A DNA stretch of 64,000 nt from Kudoa neothunni (Eukaryota; Animalia; Cnidaria): NCBI GenBank assembly GCA_964304625.1, contig OZ199838.1, positions 15,366,929 through 15,430,928 of the forward strand, given 5' to 3'. The translations under genes and the position numbers were made by a program. Below are positions 50,366 to 64,000 of the stretch, in pieces. The notes beneath the pieces are model-generated. The model was not told where the DNA came from. It did not search any database and saw only the letters and a program-made list of their open reading frames with translations. Numbering within the stretch: the stretch's first letter is position 1; each line of letters begins with the position of its first letter.

Positions 50366-53300
50366 TTAATGAGCAGATGGAGTAGTGGCCACATTGGTTT
50401 TGTTATAACATCTGAAAATAGATTATCTCAAAAGTTTTAATTATAACTACCGTTGTAGGAGATATTCAATGTCTGGAATCATGTCTCTAGGTTCAACGTA
50501 AGGCATGTACCTAGTGTAAGGGTGGCCGAATTCGTCGGTGAGAAATTTCACAAAATTCCAATTTAGGTCATTATTTTTTATGGGATTCCATAGGACACAT
50601 TTTTCGCCAGAGATGTGGTTTTTAGGGCCGTCACATAAGTCCTACTCAAACTGTTAAATAATAATGATTACTCAAACCAATATCACCTTCAAATAGGTGT
50701 AAAGTGGATGTTGGTTCTTCCCGTTCACGTCGACTTTGCAAAACAACGGGAAAAATGGTTCGTAACCAGATCCTGGTCGAATGTGTTTCATAGTAATAAG
50801 AATTTCGTGATTGTCCTCAGGTTCTTGATAACCAAATTGATTGGTTGGGAAGGACAACACCTGCAATCGACAGGGTTTGTTGTCATTAGGTTTGGTGTAC
50901 AGATCTACGAGCTCGTTTAGTTGACGATAATGGGGGGTGTATCTATGTGCAAATTGAAATTTACCATATTGTATCAAAAAATTTTAGGACTGTAGCAATG
51001 CATTTGATGACATTAATTTGCTCAACGAACGAATTATATTTAAACAACTTTAACAAAGAGACGCCATAATTTTCACGATATAATCATATGATTGTCGCAT
51101 AATTTTTTTATCTATATTTACTAAGTTTATATTGAATGATAATTAAAATGAAAATAATATAACAACATTCAAAATAGAAAATAAAGAGATCAATTGGACA
51201 ATTTATAGTTTGGGGTTTATAACGGTAACGATTTTGTAAGCGTATGATATTAAGAAAACGCTGAAATATTCCTAATTAAATAAATCCTTACAATTAAATA
51301 TGTATCAAGCTATCTTATGAGCACGCAAAATCTATACCCATTATTGACGGTATTCCTCTTTAACATAAGTGGAATAAATATTGTTAAGAAACAATTCCAT
51401 AAATTTTAGAATTAATTGATAATATATTTTATTTATCAATATTAAACTTAATAACACAATATATACAATAATTAATGGGTAAAATGTTTTAGTTTTACTT
51501 ATAAATGTAATTTCCTTGAGATCGTATCATTAATCCAACTTAGGTGCCTCTAAGAGCATTACAGCGTTTTCCACCAAAAAATTAAACCTGTATAACACAT
51601 GTATAATGAGCCGAATTGTAAATTAAACTCGTCTACTAGTAACTTGATATGGAACAACCAAAAAATTAAAACATGAAGACCCCTCTGGTAATGGTAATAG
51701 GAGTTTGTTTTAAATAATGTGTATCATTAAGATGTTATTTCTTTATAATTATTTTATTTGCACTACATTTAAGCTTAAATATTGAATCCAATTAATGTGA
51801 TTAATCTTTTTACTACTGTTTATCCAAATAATCTGTAAACTTTGATTCTACATAATTCAGAATTGTCTCATTATTATTCTCACATGTTGAAAATAATATT
51901 AATAAAGTTAATGCCAAAATTAAATTAATTTTAATTATCGGTGATCGTCCGAAATCATCATTACTTTTTTGCCGATTGTTGTAACGATATCGAGAAAGTT
52001 CTATACTTCAAAATAAATTATTAAATAGCCATACTTATTTTCTAAATTTATCATAATTTAATAATGTCCAATATTGTTTAATGTTGTAAGAATAATATTT
52101 TGACTTCCGTTATATATTTCACTTAGAAAATATAAAAAATAAGTTTTTTAATTTAATTATCCAATGTAAACTTAAAAGTTTATTTTTTATCTAATAAAAT
52201 GCATTTAATGTTCTTCAAAAATTAACACTATTCAAATCAAAGACAATATTCAACAATAATGTTCAAATCAATCACTTGATGACAGATTATAAGAATTTTT
52301 ATTCAGATCTCACTTTAAAATATTTCATTAATAATAGATTTTAGATTTATGTGATAGGGAAGATTTTGTTTTGAAATATTTAGATGCTATTGGTGAAATC
52401 TATCCAAAATCTACATATTAGAGTGAATAAAACTTGTTAATGATATTAGCGTTTTCAAAAATAAAACTACTTTAATTTTTAAAAAAATTGCGCCGGAGCA
52501 ACATTCCGACAAACAATAAAACAATATTCAGTTTAACTTGAATATTTCCGCGCGTGCGCCAAATATTTTTTTTTCAACTTTCGGAGTTGACAAAAAAGTA
52601 TGAAACGAACGTCATTGAATGCGTAAAATTAAGAAAGTAAATAATTAAACATACCGATCGAATAATGGTTATGTCAATATATTAATACAACAATTATTTT
52701 TATTAATAATTACTTTACATATTCATTTAAAAAATTATCGATAAAATACAAATATTATGATTATTCTTAAAGTATCATAGTTTGTGAGAACAGAAAAATA
52801 AATACTTTCAGAAGGATGCAGTGTTCACCAAGAGAGTTATATTTCCCCTGAATGTGTCCAAGCCAATATGCGTCTTTTCCAAGGTTACAGCTGTAAACTA
52901 AAAAATATTATCAGTGAGTTTTAGATCGATACAACACATCATGAGGCTATTTAGGGCGATATCGTTAGCTCGTAAAAATTTAATTTTTTACGTCAATTAC
53001 GTAAGTGCGACGCCATTTTTAATCCCAATCGTTCCTATTTAGAGACTAAGGATTCGAGTTGACTTTTAGATTGTGGTATAGTCAATTATTTTTTAACAAT
53101 TAATGCGCACTTAGAGGCAAACAATAATTGACATCAATCGAAACTGTTGGTAGTGGATTAAATTTATCTTAATCAACCAATAGAGACCTACTTAATTGAT
53201 GATTGTAGTAAAGTATCCTTTCCTCAAACTGTCATAAATTATAAAATGATAATTTATTTATGTTTAACGAGTTTAAGCACCACAAGCATCATTAATAGAT

Positions 53301-53709
53301 GTTACATTGACTGCGATTACACAGTTAAATATTCTATTCATCATTATAGTAAACGGATTAAAGAATATATTAAACGAAAAATATATATTTCATTTATAAT
53401 GCCATTATTTGATAGACAAAATGTGTTTTAAAGCCTAGGATTATTGGCTTTATTAAATGTAAACAATTTTCACTTAAGAGGATAATGGAGAAAAATCATT
53501 ATAATTTCCCCAACTATATTAAAAATGATTTTAGGATAATTAAAAAAATACTATTGATTAAAAACAGTAATTACGTCAAAAATTGATTGGGTTTGGTTGC
53601 CACTTCTGCAGAGAGTATAATCTTTATTAAGGGTTAAATCCGTGCAAACAATTGTCCCCACGAAAGTATCCAACCAAAAGAGCAGTAGAAACATTCCAAT
53701 ATATTTCAT
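50366..53709 (-). CDS. Secreted selenocysteine glutathione peroxidase (GPx1/3-type), 5 exons; Sec TGA at 52810-52808
   Basis: Exon 1 (53709-53575): signal peptide MKYIGMFLLLFWL..SIFD. Exon 2 (52897-52806): FTA..FRGNITLLVNTASF(TGA)K. Exon 3 (from 50942): YTPHYRQLNEL, FPTNQFGYQEP, KVDVNGKNQHPLYTYLK. Exon 4: LWNPIKNNDLNWNFVKFL. SECIS downstream. Confidence 0.93.
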
Positions 53710-54026
53710 TGCTTATATTAGCAAGACCTGGTCTAGGATAGACGGTCTAAGCCTTGAGATAAACGAATGCGTTAAAAAATAGCTTCTATTAAGCTAATGT
53801 GTGAAATTTGTGTTATGGGGAAAGTCGTTCTACTTAACAATAGGACAAAATTGAAATGTGTTAAATGTCATCACAGATTTGAATCGTGGGTATAGATATT
53901 AGTAAAAAGTCGGTTCAATAAACCGACGACCAAAAACCTGCGCAGTAGAATTATTTCCAATTGTTATTATTAGTCTGGTTGTTTGTTATATATAAGCATT
54001 ATAACTTTGTAACCGGCCTCTAAAAA
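53710..54026. promoter_or_regulatory. Probable bidirectional promoter between GPx and dynein heavy chain
   Basis: Head-to-head start codons separated by 317 nt; contains TGCGCAGTAG at 53939-53948. Confidence 0.55.
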
Positions 54027-57000
54027 ATGTCATCTAATGGTGAAAACATATCTTTAACCCAATCTACTCACCAAGGTGATATTGGTGCTCAAGTTACCGC
54101 TCTAAATGAGACATTGTTGCTGAGGCTGAGACATTTTTTCAAAAATATGCTCACAACTATTTATAGTGATATTGGAAATGCGTCAGAATTGATCGACTCT
54201 TGTGTGTTTACTGCTGGAAATGAGTCGTCATTCATAAAATTTACAAATGACGCTGAACAACGTTTTATCGCGTTTCAGTTGATTCCCACTAAAACCACCT
54301 ACGATGATGAGTCAGATAGTTCGAATAATATCAACCATGAGAATATTTTGGATAATACTGACTTGATTGTTCCAGATACCAAATATTCATCTTGTGTTTT
54401 TTATCTGCAACCTGACAATATGATTAATGGTTTGCTGAGTGTTATATTTATCAAAAAAACCTCCCTGATTGACGAAGAAAAATCATTGATTTCCCAAATT
54501 CAATTAATATCTTTGGATGGATCTTTGGTGGAATCAATCTATTCGGTTATAAGTCAATCATTGAATCCATTATTTCGATCATACAGCAAATTTGTGACCA
54601 GCAACCAATTACCAAAAAGTTCAAACATTCCAAATGATTATATGATCAACAAACTTTGTCCTAATTATCCCTCAATCGAAAAAAAATTCACCGAATTGGA
54701 GTTTGGTTTGTTGCATCTACAGGAAGAAATCCAATTTGTTACTATTAGACTTATTCGACATCCCTCAATTGTGAAGTTACTCAAAAGATACAACATCATG
54801 GCAACAAACAATAATACCTCTAATACTACCCAGGAAATATCAAATACAACTAACGGCAACGATCAAACATCACTCAATCAAGAACAAAAAATCCCACAAG
54901 AAGAGATCGATAAATATGCCGCTGACGAAATTCTACTCGATTCACTCCAAACCTACGTCAATCGATGGCTGAACGATATACAAAAAGTGATCAAAGTTGA
55001 TACGGATCCACCTATCACCAGTGCTCGACAAGAGATCTCTTATTGGCGCCAATTGAATCTGTCGTTGAATTGTGTTAAAAACGAAATAAAAGCTCCACAC
55101 GTGTGGACTACAATTGAAATTTTGAAAAGTGGGAAAAGACTGAAAAGTGTTTTCGCATGGAAAAACGGATCCAATTCGGCTGAATTGCTCAAATTGGTTA
55201 TCAGTTACAACGGTTTCCTCGAAGTTCTCAATTACGATCAGATTGGGGATTGTCATGATATCGAAAGCTTGAAAGGTTTCGTGGTGTGCTTATTTAGCAA
55301 TATTCGTCGAATCAAGAATTCCCTATATCCAGTTAGTCGGCTGGTGAAATTCATTGAAGCTATCACCAAGGATCTGACTGATAAAATATTGGAGATTATA
55401 ATCCCTCAAAAATTGATCACCTCACCTAAAAACGAATTTGACTTTAGAATCTGTCAGTGTTTTGACATTTTTATGATGTGGGATGACGAATACGAAAAGT
55501 TGCACAGTGTTTTACGAGAGATCTTCAAACAGAAACGTGAGGATTCAGTCAAGTTGTTCTACAAAGTGAATCCCTATCATAGAAAATTGATGGATCGAAT
55601 TGAGAGTGTTCGAAAGTTTAGACGTCTTCATGAAGAGCTACAAAGTGTGATAATTCGAATATCTTCGCTTTCGAACAATTTTGGCAACTTGTTCGGTGAA
55701 GAGAACACCGCCTTGGAAGAGATTGAAAACGCATGGAATATTGTGGTTGTGACCGACTACTTTGATATTTCGAAACAAGGACAAGATCAATGGAGAGCAA
55801 ATATTGCTCGTTACGATGAGAAAATCGATCATATCGAATCCAAAATAGCTTCCTACCTTCGAGATGAACTTGGCCGAGCTAACAACTCCAAAGAAATGTT
55901 TAAAATATTCTCCCATTTCAACGCACTGTTTGTTCGGCCTCATATTCGAGGAGCTATCCGAGAATACCAAAAACAACTACTACAGCACGTCAACGAAGAT
56001 ATGACTGCTCTTATGCAAAAGTTCAAACTACAATACGCTAACAGTAACGCTTGTCGAATCAATCGTATCAAAGACATACCATCGGTAGCTGGCTCTATTC
56101 TTTGGACAAGACAGATTGACCAGCAGCTGAAATTGATTCTCAAAAAAGTTTTCGATGTGCTGGGAAGTGATTTGGAAAATCATGTGGATGGCAAGAGGTT
56201 GAAGTTGGAAATTGAAACCTTCCGCAATCAACTCGGACTTCAAAAAATGTTAGACCAATGGGTCAAATTAACCAATGATAAACACATATGTGTTGACGGA
56301 AAACTGTTCCATCTGCAAAATCACAGAATCACGGACATGGATGATCGAATTATTAAAGTGTATCGAATTAGTGTCAACTTTACACCCGATATGATCACTT
56401 TGGCTAAGGAAGTTCGCCATATGAAAGCTATGGGTTTTCGTCTTCCACTCTCTATCATCAACAAAGCTCACCAACTTAGTACGATCTATCCTTCAGCCGT
56501 CAGTCTCATCGAAAGTTTGAAAACTTATGAAAATGCTGTCGCCAAGTTGAATCAAAACAAAAACTTGGAACTGCTTATGTGTGGTTATGTGAATGATATG
56601 AAAAATCTGATATTGGAAGGAGGCTCTTTGATTTGGGAGTCTTATAAAGTTGAGCATTATGTTCGAAAGTTTTCCGAACAGGCCACACTTATTCAAGAGA
56701 AAATTGATGACCTCATGCGAATTCTCAATAAAATCGACGATTGCATTCAACTTTTGAACAGCTGCAACTATTTGAGTGGATCTTTTGAATCACATCTGCA
56801 TCAAATTCAACAACTCATCGATGAGATCACATTCCAATCTTACACCAACATTGATTTTTTCGTCGAAAGCATAGAGTCGACCGTCGAAGAGGTGTTGATT
56901 GGTAGGTTGGGTGTGGCGCTTAAGAATTGGAGTTTGTGTTTGGCCAATTTTAAAAGTAGTGGTCGTAAAACTTTCGGGTCCATCAGTAATTTGAACCCGC

Positions 57001-60000
57001 CACAATTCCCACAGAGACATGGCTCCACTTCCGCCGAATATAGGGATAATGCGAGTGCGGCAGCTCTTCATTCTAAAGGTTCCCATCCTGATTTCAAAAC
57101 AATCAAACTAGAATTCCATATCTTCAATCAAGAGATAAAACTCGAGCCATCAATACCGTACGGCAAAAGTTATCTCATCATCACTCTACAACAATGGATT
57201 GATGTGGTGCTCGCTCACAAAAGATTCCGTAAACATGCTTTCAAAGGAAATTTTGTACAAGACTATTCGCAGCTGGAACAAGACTTAACCTATCGAAATC
57301 TTCTCTCAATTTTTGTTCGAACCAATTCCATCCTTTTAGAAATTTACGATCAGATTGATCAGATATGTGTGGCTGCTGCAGATTTCACACATACTTGGTT
57401 GAATTATCAAACTCTCTGGGATCTACCAATGGATTCTGTTCTACAGCATGTCACCTGTATTGATGATTGGATTGAGTTGTTGCAGTCGATTCGCGAGTCT
57501 AGAATGACTGTCGATACAATTGATAATTGTCGTTCCTTTGGATGTATACAGATCGACTACAAAGCCATTCAATCCAAAGTCAATATCAAATATGACGCCT
57601 GGCAAAAAGACCTTTTTTCCAAATTCTCAAGAGTAATCCAAGATGAAATGTCCTCTTTTTTCACTATTATTCAAAATGCACGTGAAATACTTCAAAATAA
57701 AAACATTGAAATAGCGTCTACTTATGAAGCTGTGTCGATCGTAAATGATGTACAGATGTATCGAAGAAATGTGTGTGGATGGAAAAGAAAAGTGGAAAAT
57801 TTCTCGATGGGTGAAAAAATATTGGAAAAAGGTCGACACAAATTTGGGTCAAATTGGATCAGAGCGGAAACTATCAGTTCCGAGTGGGAAAGTTTCATTC
57901 AGATATTAAAAAATCGAGAATCCACTATTCAAAAACAGTTTGTTACTCTCCAACTGAAGGTCACCGAACAGGCTTCACTTCATGAATCCCACTCCAACGA
58001 GGTCCTTCAAGACTGGCATTCCAACAAACCTATCAATGGAGAAATCAATTGTGACCAAGCGCTGAACACATTAAAATCATATGAAAAAACTTTATCCGAT
58101 ATTGATAATGAAAAGATACAAATTATTCAAGCTAAAGAAATACTGGACTTGACCACATTTGCTGGTAGCGGGCCCTCCTACCACAGTGATGATGAAATCA
58201 CTGCTGCCATCGAGGAGTTGAAAAGTCTTAACTGTGTTTGGCTTGAGGTGGAGAAATTCGAGAAAGCCATCGATTGTATTGGAGATCAATTGTGGCTCTC
58301 TGTTCACCCTAAAAAGATCACTAATTCACTCGAAAAGTTGCACGATGATTTCACTTCCCTACCCTCATGGATTCATCAATACGATATCTACAATGTGATG
58401 TGTGAAAAAATCAAAACTCTTCTCAAAGTCAACAAGATTCTACACGAATTGAAATCAGAATCTATCAAAGAGAGGCACTGGAAACAATTGGTAAGAAATC
58501 TTAGACTCTCCTATCCTTGGTCTCTTCCCGAATTAACTATTCAAATGATTTGGGACACCGACATCGATACCAACATGTCAATTTATCGTGATGTGATCAC
58601 ATCTGCTCAAGGTGAAACTGCACTCGAAGAATTCTTACGACAAGTCAGACATCACTGGGAAAGTGTCCAGTTTGAAACCGTTGACTACAAACAACGATTC
58701 AAAGTGATTAAGGGTTGGGACGAATTGTTCTCGAAATTGAAAGAACACTTGAGCAGTCTGATGGCTATGCGACATTCACCATATTTCAAAATGTTTGAGG
58801 ATGAAACAATCACCTGGGAAACCAAACTTACGTCACTTCTCTCATTATTGGATACGTGGGTGGTATTGCAACGACGTTTCATCTATTTGGATGGTATCTT
58901 TCTTGGGTCGGGTGATATCCGAACACTCCTACCAAAAGAATTTAAACAATTCCATTCTATAAACGTCGAATTCACTAATATAATGAAAAAAATTGACAAA
59001 TTCAAATCAGTCATTAAAGCCCTTGCCATCACCGGCATTCAAAAAACCATCGAACAACTCTCCGATATGCTGATGATCGTGCAGAAGTCGTTGGGTGAAT
59101 ATCTTGAAAAAGAACGAAAATCCTTCCCTAGATTCTACTTTGTAGGGGACGAAGATCTCTTTGAGATTATTGGTAACAGCAAAGAAATCGACTGCATTCA
59201 AAAACACTTCAAAAAAATGTTTGCTGGAATCTCGTCTATAACTACTTCAGGATCTAATGAGTCTGTTACTATCGTCGGCGTTTGTTCCAAGGAAAACGAA
59301 TTTATCTCTCTAAAGATGCCTGTCTCCTTGGCCAAACATCCTAATATACACGATTGGCTTAATCAGCTAGATAAAAGTCTTAAATGCACGCTTGCCTTAT
59401 TATTGGCTGAATGTATCACATCTGTTGAAGCTTCTCGAAAAAATGAAGCAGATTCGACAGATTTCACTACATATTACACTCTTCTTAATCAATATCCTGA
59501 ACAGATAGCCGTGTTGGTTCTTCAAATTCAATTTTGCAAGCGGGTCGAAAACACTCTCTCAGATAATTGCTCATTTTCTGGCGATACCGATTCATCTGCT
59601 CCTAATTGCAGCCATATCCTTGATCCAATATTGAAGAATATTCACAGTGAATTGGGTTATCTAGCAAATTGTGTGCTTTCCGAAAAATCCTATCTTATTC
59701 GACACAAGTTCGAATCTGCTATTACTGAACTTGTCCATCAAAGAGATGTTGTTAGAGCGCTCATTCAAGCTAATGTTACTTCCACTGATCATTTTCTTTG
59801 GATCAGTCAAATGAGATTCTACTTTAATGGAGCAGCTGTCAACTCTGAGAATCCCACCAAATGTTGTGTTGTTGTCATGGCTGACGCCACTTTTGATTAT
59901 GGCTTCGAATACTTTGGAACAATAGACCGTCTAGTACAAACTCCACTTACCGACCTTTGTTACCTAACCATGACTCAAGCACTTAAAGTAAAACTTGGCG

Positions 60001-60113
60001 GTTCTCCCTTTGGACCTGCTGGCACAGGAAAAACTGAATCAGTGAAAGCCCTTGGTTGTCAACTTGGACGATTTGTACTTGTGTTTAATTGTGACGAAAC
60101 GTTTGATTTTCAG
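54027..60113 (+). CDS. DYNC1H1: Cytoplasmic dynein 1 heavy chain, first exon (2029 codons; tail, linker, start of AAA1); continues beyond the window
   Basis: FNALFVRPHIRGAIREYQ, AQGETALEEFL, YLEKERKSFPRFYFVGDEDL, RLVQTPLTD, P-loop GPAGTGKTESVK, and VFNCDETFDFQ followed by donor GTAACC at 60114. The expected next peptide (AMGRIF) was not found in the window. Confidence 0.97.
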
Positions 60114-60389
60114 GTAACCCATATAATTATTATTTTTCAGGGTAAAATGTCGGTTTTTATTAATTTTATGTTAAAATATATTAACTCGTATAAATTTAAT
60201 CCTCGTTTTAGTTTGACTTAGTTCATTAACTGTAATTGTTAAAATTCTTGGGAAGGGTGAGAACTAACTAAAAATATTAAATTCTAAAACTTATTATTTA
60301 TAAACTGATCTCAAATAATTCCTATTCTACAAGTTTTGTAAATAAACAAAAAAACCCAAGGTTTGGACGCCCTGAATTAACCGCTTTAA

Positions 60390-63124
60390 CCCTCTTAATG
60401 TACCGAAAATAGACTGTATTTTGATGGACCCTGGAATAGAAAACTACCCCAAATTTTTATTTTATCGCTCGCTACGAAAAAATTCTGTTAGAAGAAATAT
60501 TGAAGATTGTGGTGAATACAAAAAAAGAATAAAGAGTTATAGCGCAAATCAATTTGTTAATAATCTCGATAATCCCACGAATATCACTTTCGACAACAAC
60601 CGTCGTATTAGTTTTTAATTCTGATTTTGATTAGCAGTGTGTTGTTCTAATTAGAACTTTTAAAATTAAAATATTAATCTACATAATTCCTAGTCTATTT
60701 TTGTGCCACAAATAAACCGCATTTAATGCAAAAAAGACTCAGAAACATTTATTTGGTGGTTCTAACAACAAAATTTATTGTAAATTGCGCACACAACGTC
60801 GGGTTTTAACCCATTTTCTTGGAATGAAGATTAAACACGGCTTAAGGTGTGGGTTGCCATGATTTTCTCCATTAGTAAACCATATAATAATTTCGCCATC
60901 ATTTCGAGAATTCCCTCCGAAAAATATCATCATCAAAAAACGTTTTTATGTATGATCACGTGATCTACTTGCAGTTTGTAAACGTTATATCGAAAAGTCT
61001 AGGCTATATAAAAACCCAAAACTCATCATTTTCGCTATAAATTATTCCTTATTTAATTTTAGCAAAAAAAATTGTGGGGTAGTTTTCTATTCCAATGTCC
61101 GCCGGAAGATGGAAAAAATATATTTCCGCCAATACAATAGGTAAAAATTGTTGTTTTATTTTAATTTGTAAATAAAATTATTTTGAAGGAATACAGGTAA
61201 TCTCGGAGAATTTGAAATTAAAAGTAACGAATTATACAATAAACAAAGTCTCGTGGGGTAGGTTTCTACCCCAAATCCATTAGAGCAGTGTTTCCAAACC
61301 TGAGGTCATGACATATTTTGTGTGGGTCATGAAATATTTTTTGACTAATTGGGACGGCGCAGGAAAACGGGGCCCATGCCGTATAGGACAACCTTGAGAC
61401 TGAAAATATCATTTAATTTAAGGAGTGAAGATATATTGACCTAATATAAATATTATATTCAATTAAGTTACATATTGTTGTTTTATGACTAATATAGCGT
61501 ATATCAAGATGGAAAACGGTTAATAAACTTACCTTAGCATGTGACCTGAAACGATCGACACGTTTTCTAATCAAGCAATACTCATCCTTTCGTTAATTTG
61601 TTCGCTACGCGCAAAGGTTTTTTTAAAGAACATTCAGAAAAAGATGCGAGTTAATTTTTCTATTCATTAAATTTTAGACACGTAACTATTCGTGTATTCC
61701 TTGTACCTATTTAATTTCATAGTACAAAGCGATGTGACTTCATATGTTTTTTAATTTTTACTTATTTAATACTTAAGTGAAACTATTCAAAAAATATTTA
61801 CATGAAACGAACATTTTTGGAGAATATAATGAATATTAAAACTGAAGCTATTTACAACACTTCAGTTTCCTCGCAGAATAAAAAATCCCAATCTAGAAAT
61901 TATAAACATTATCCGTCTGAAATTCTTCTATAGAAAGAATTTTGTTTGTTCATAACATAAGTTTACATGAAATTAAAGATTTTTATTAATCGAAGTAATG
62001 TGTTTGTAGCTATTCATGAAAATATAATCCTCCCATCCAAACGATATTTTTTAAAGTCTTTGTATGTTAGTCATTATTTATAATCATCGAAATAAATTCT
62101 TAAATATTATATTTAACAAAAAATGATAATATAACTAGACTTAAGTTATGAAAGATTCAACAATGATAAATTATGTGCTTTTACTTAAAAATATATGAAA
62201 GTATTGGAATATGTACCAATTTTAATTTGCGAAGAAAATTAAAATGAATTATTTAAAACAATTCGAATTTCATATATTTATTTCACATATTTTAAACTCA
62301 TTAATGACTTAATATAACAGATTCAGTAAAGAAAATTAAATCGCTATGACAATTGACCGGGAAATAATGAACTTATATCTTCGTTTTAATTCCAAATTAA
62401 TTCAAAAAATTCAAAAATAAAACATTTGCTTTTAAATCAAATTACGATATTGATTATGTACCATACGTAGAACAAAAACATATTTTACATCAAGAACCAA
62501 TATATTGTAAATGAAGCATGAGCATTTACATGAAGTAGAATGAACTTCCGATTATTCTGAAAATGCGTTATCTGAATGACATTGAATAATATGATTTATC
62601 GAATTTAAAAGAAATATGTTACTTAATATTTTATATGGATAGAGAGAATTTATATTTAAAAACATATTTTGTGTTCATTGCATTGAATATGGAAGAAAAA
62701 AGCTAACAAAAGCAATTTTTAAATTTTCATTGATTAAATCATGTAGCCTAAAAACTAATTTCGTAAAAATAATTAATAATAAATATTAACAACAAAAAAA
62801 TTATACTTAAAATAATTAACATTCGAGAACATCACAAAAATCGTCAAAACCAAAAATGATAAGTTGATACAGGAATAGTTTGATGATTTCAAGTGATAGA
62901 TCATTACTTCAAAAGTCCAGTAAAATTAGTGCCCAATAATATTTTTAGATTAACAGAATAAAAATAATCATGATAAATTATACAATTTAAATTATCTTAT
63001 ACAATTCTGGATATAAATATAATTTAATTCTATAACAATTCAAAATATATACGTGGGTCACTGAATATTTTTTTGAAAAAATATGGGTCAAAACTAAAAA
63101 AGTTTGAGAAACTACATTAGAGGG
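60390..63124 (-). mobile_element. Non-autonomous piggyBac-like element, family B, copy 3 (inverted), interrupted in its TIR by a hAT element; in the dynein intron
   Basis: TTAA|CCCTCTTAATG at 60390; body to 61285 matches the 24238 copy in reverse; TIR finishes at 63115-63124 CATTAGAGGG|TTAA. Confidence 0.85.
61286..63114. mobile_element. Non-autonomous hAT (Charlie-like) element, ~1.8 kb
   Basis: Exact 8-bp TSD CATTAGAG (61278-61285, 63115-63122); ends CAGTGTTTCCAAAC / GTTTGAGAAACTA; subterminal GGGTCA motifs at both ends. Confidence 0.85.
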
Positions 63125-64000
63125 TTAATAAGGACTTAATTAAAGATATTGTTCCTGGTGTTTTTTCTAATTTCCTGATTGTTATTAAGTTGTAAAAAAT
63201 TTATTGGCGTTAAATTCCCCTCTTCTTAATTTTTCTGAACAGATTTAATACTATTTAATGAATTTTTCTAAGTTTAATTTAATTCAGCCATTTAAAATAA
63301 ATGAATGAAACAATCGAATCAAAAAATTGTTAATGTTAGACAATTTATTATTGGAAATTCAATTATGAAATATTATAATTCAATATTATGTTTACTAATA
63401 AATATAAAATTCATATTGTTTTTGGAACAATTAATTTAACTTGTTTGGGTATCTATGACTTCGATATTGGAATAATAAGTTTAATTGTATTGGCGTTTAA
63501 TTAATAATACATATTTGATACAAATATTTTTTGACAGTTTTATTGCAAGTGTATGAGCTTATAACTGTTTTGAATAATTTTATTGACATATATAAGAAAC
63601 GTTCTCTAAGCCTAAGCTCTTATGATTTTAATTCTTTTAAGTTAATTTTTACTATATTCAATAGTTACCGGCGAACTGCTACGTTTTTAGAGGCCGAAAT
63701 ATTTAACTATGGCGTATTAAAAAAATCCAAGTTTAATATCTGTAATCTGTTAGTGAGAGGTCTAACTGTCAGGATGAAGCTATTACAGGATAAATGCAAC
63801 ATCCTAATTAGATCTTAATTCGAATCAGGTGTCGTAAAAAACTTTTTCAGATCCATATTGTGAGCACTTAAAATTTTAGAGTATTAAATAAATTAAAAGT
63901 CAGGTTAAAATTAAATTTAAGATTAAGATTAAAGGCCAGGATCAACAATCACGTTAATCGCCAGTTTTCTGGACTTTTACTTTAAATTAAACAATTATAC

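Noticed and set aside
54665-59207. Many short minus-strand ORFs
   Set aside because: Antisense shadows of the dynein exon.
1-64000. CRISPR arrays, operons, rRNA or an alternative genetic code
   Set aside because: No repeat-spacer periodicity or rRNA motifs. Long ORFs read in the standard code, and conserved in-frame TGA occurs only at the two SECIS-supported Sec sites.

Overview
A very AT-rich eukaryotic window, not prokaryotic. The proteins are animal-like but strongly diverged. Most introns are GT-AG and about 40-70 nt long, with a few kb-long, transposon-filled ones. This suggests a fast-evolving invertebrate, possibly a parasite such as a myxozoan (inference only). Manual splicing gives ten protein genes: METTL13-like methyltransferase, Raptor, SNX3/12, pICln, selenoprotein T, an 847-aa orphan type-I membrane protein made of Cys-decorated FN3-like modules, TFIIH p52, PP2A scaffold A, a secreted Sec-glutathione peroxidase and the 5' 6 kb of cytoplasmic dynein heavy chain. 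There is also a tRNA-Ala(AGC). Both selenoproteins have an in-frame TGA and a foldable SECIS that the ORF track misses. Non-coding space holds a decayed MULE with long TIRs and a 9-bp TSD, three piggyBac-type non-autonomous families (6 copies), a hAT element nested in a piggyBac TIR, a Tigger-like MITE and a Helitron. The best novelty candidates are the Cys-FN3 surface protein, a GC-rich foldable island at about 25.4-25.8 kb (possible ncRNA), a shared non-Gly 'TGA-AA' context in both selenoproteins, and a shared GCGCATG promoter motif. Several genes carry 1-nt frameshifts, mostly at homopolymers and densest in 5' Raptor; these are probably assembly errors. All calls come from reading by eye; no searches were run.
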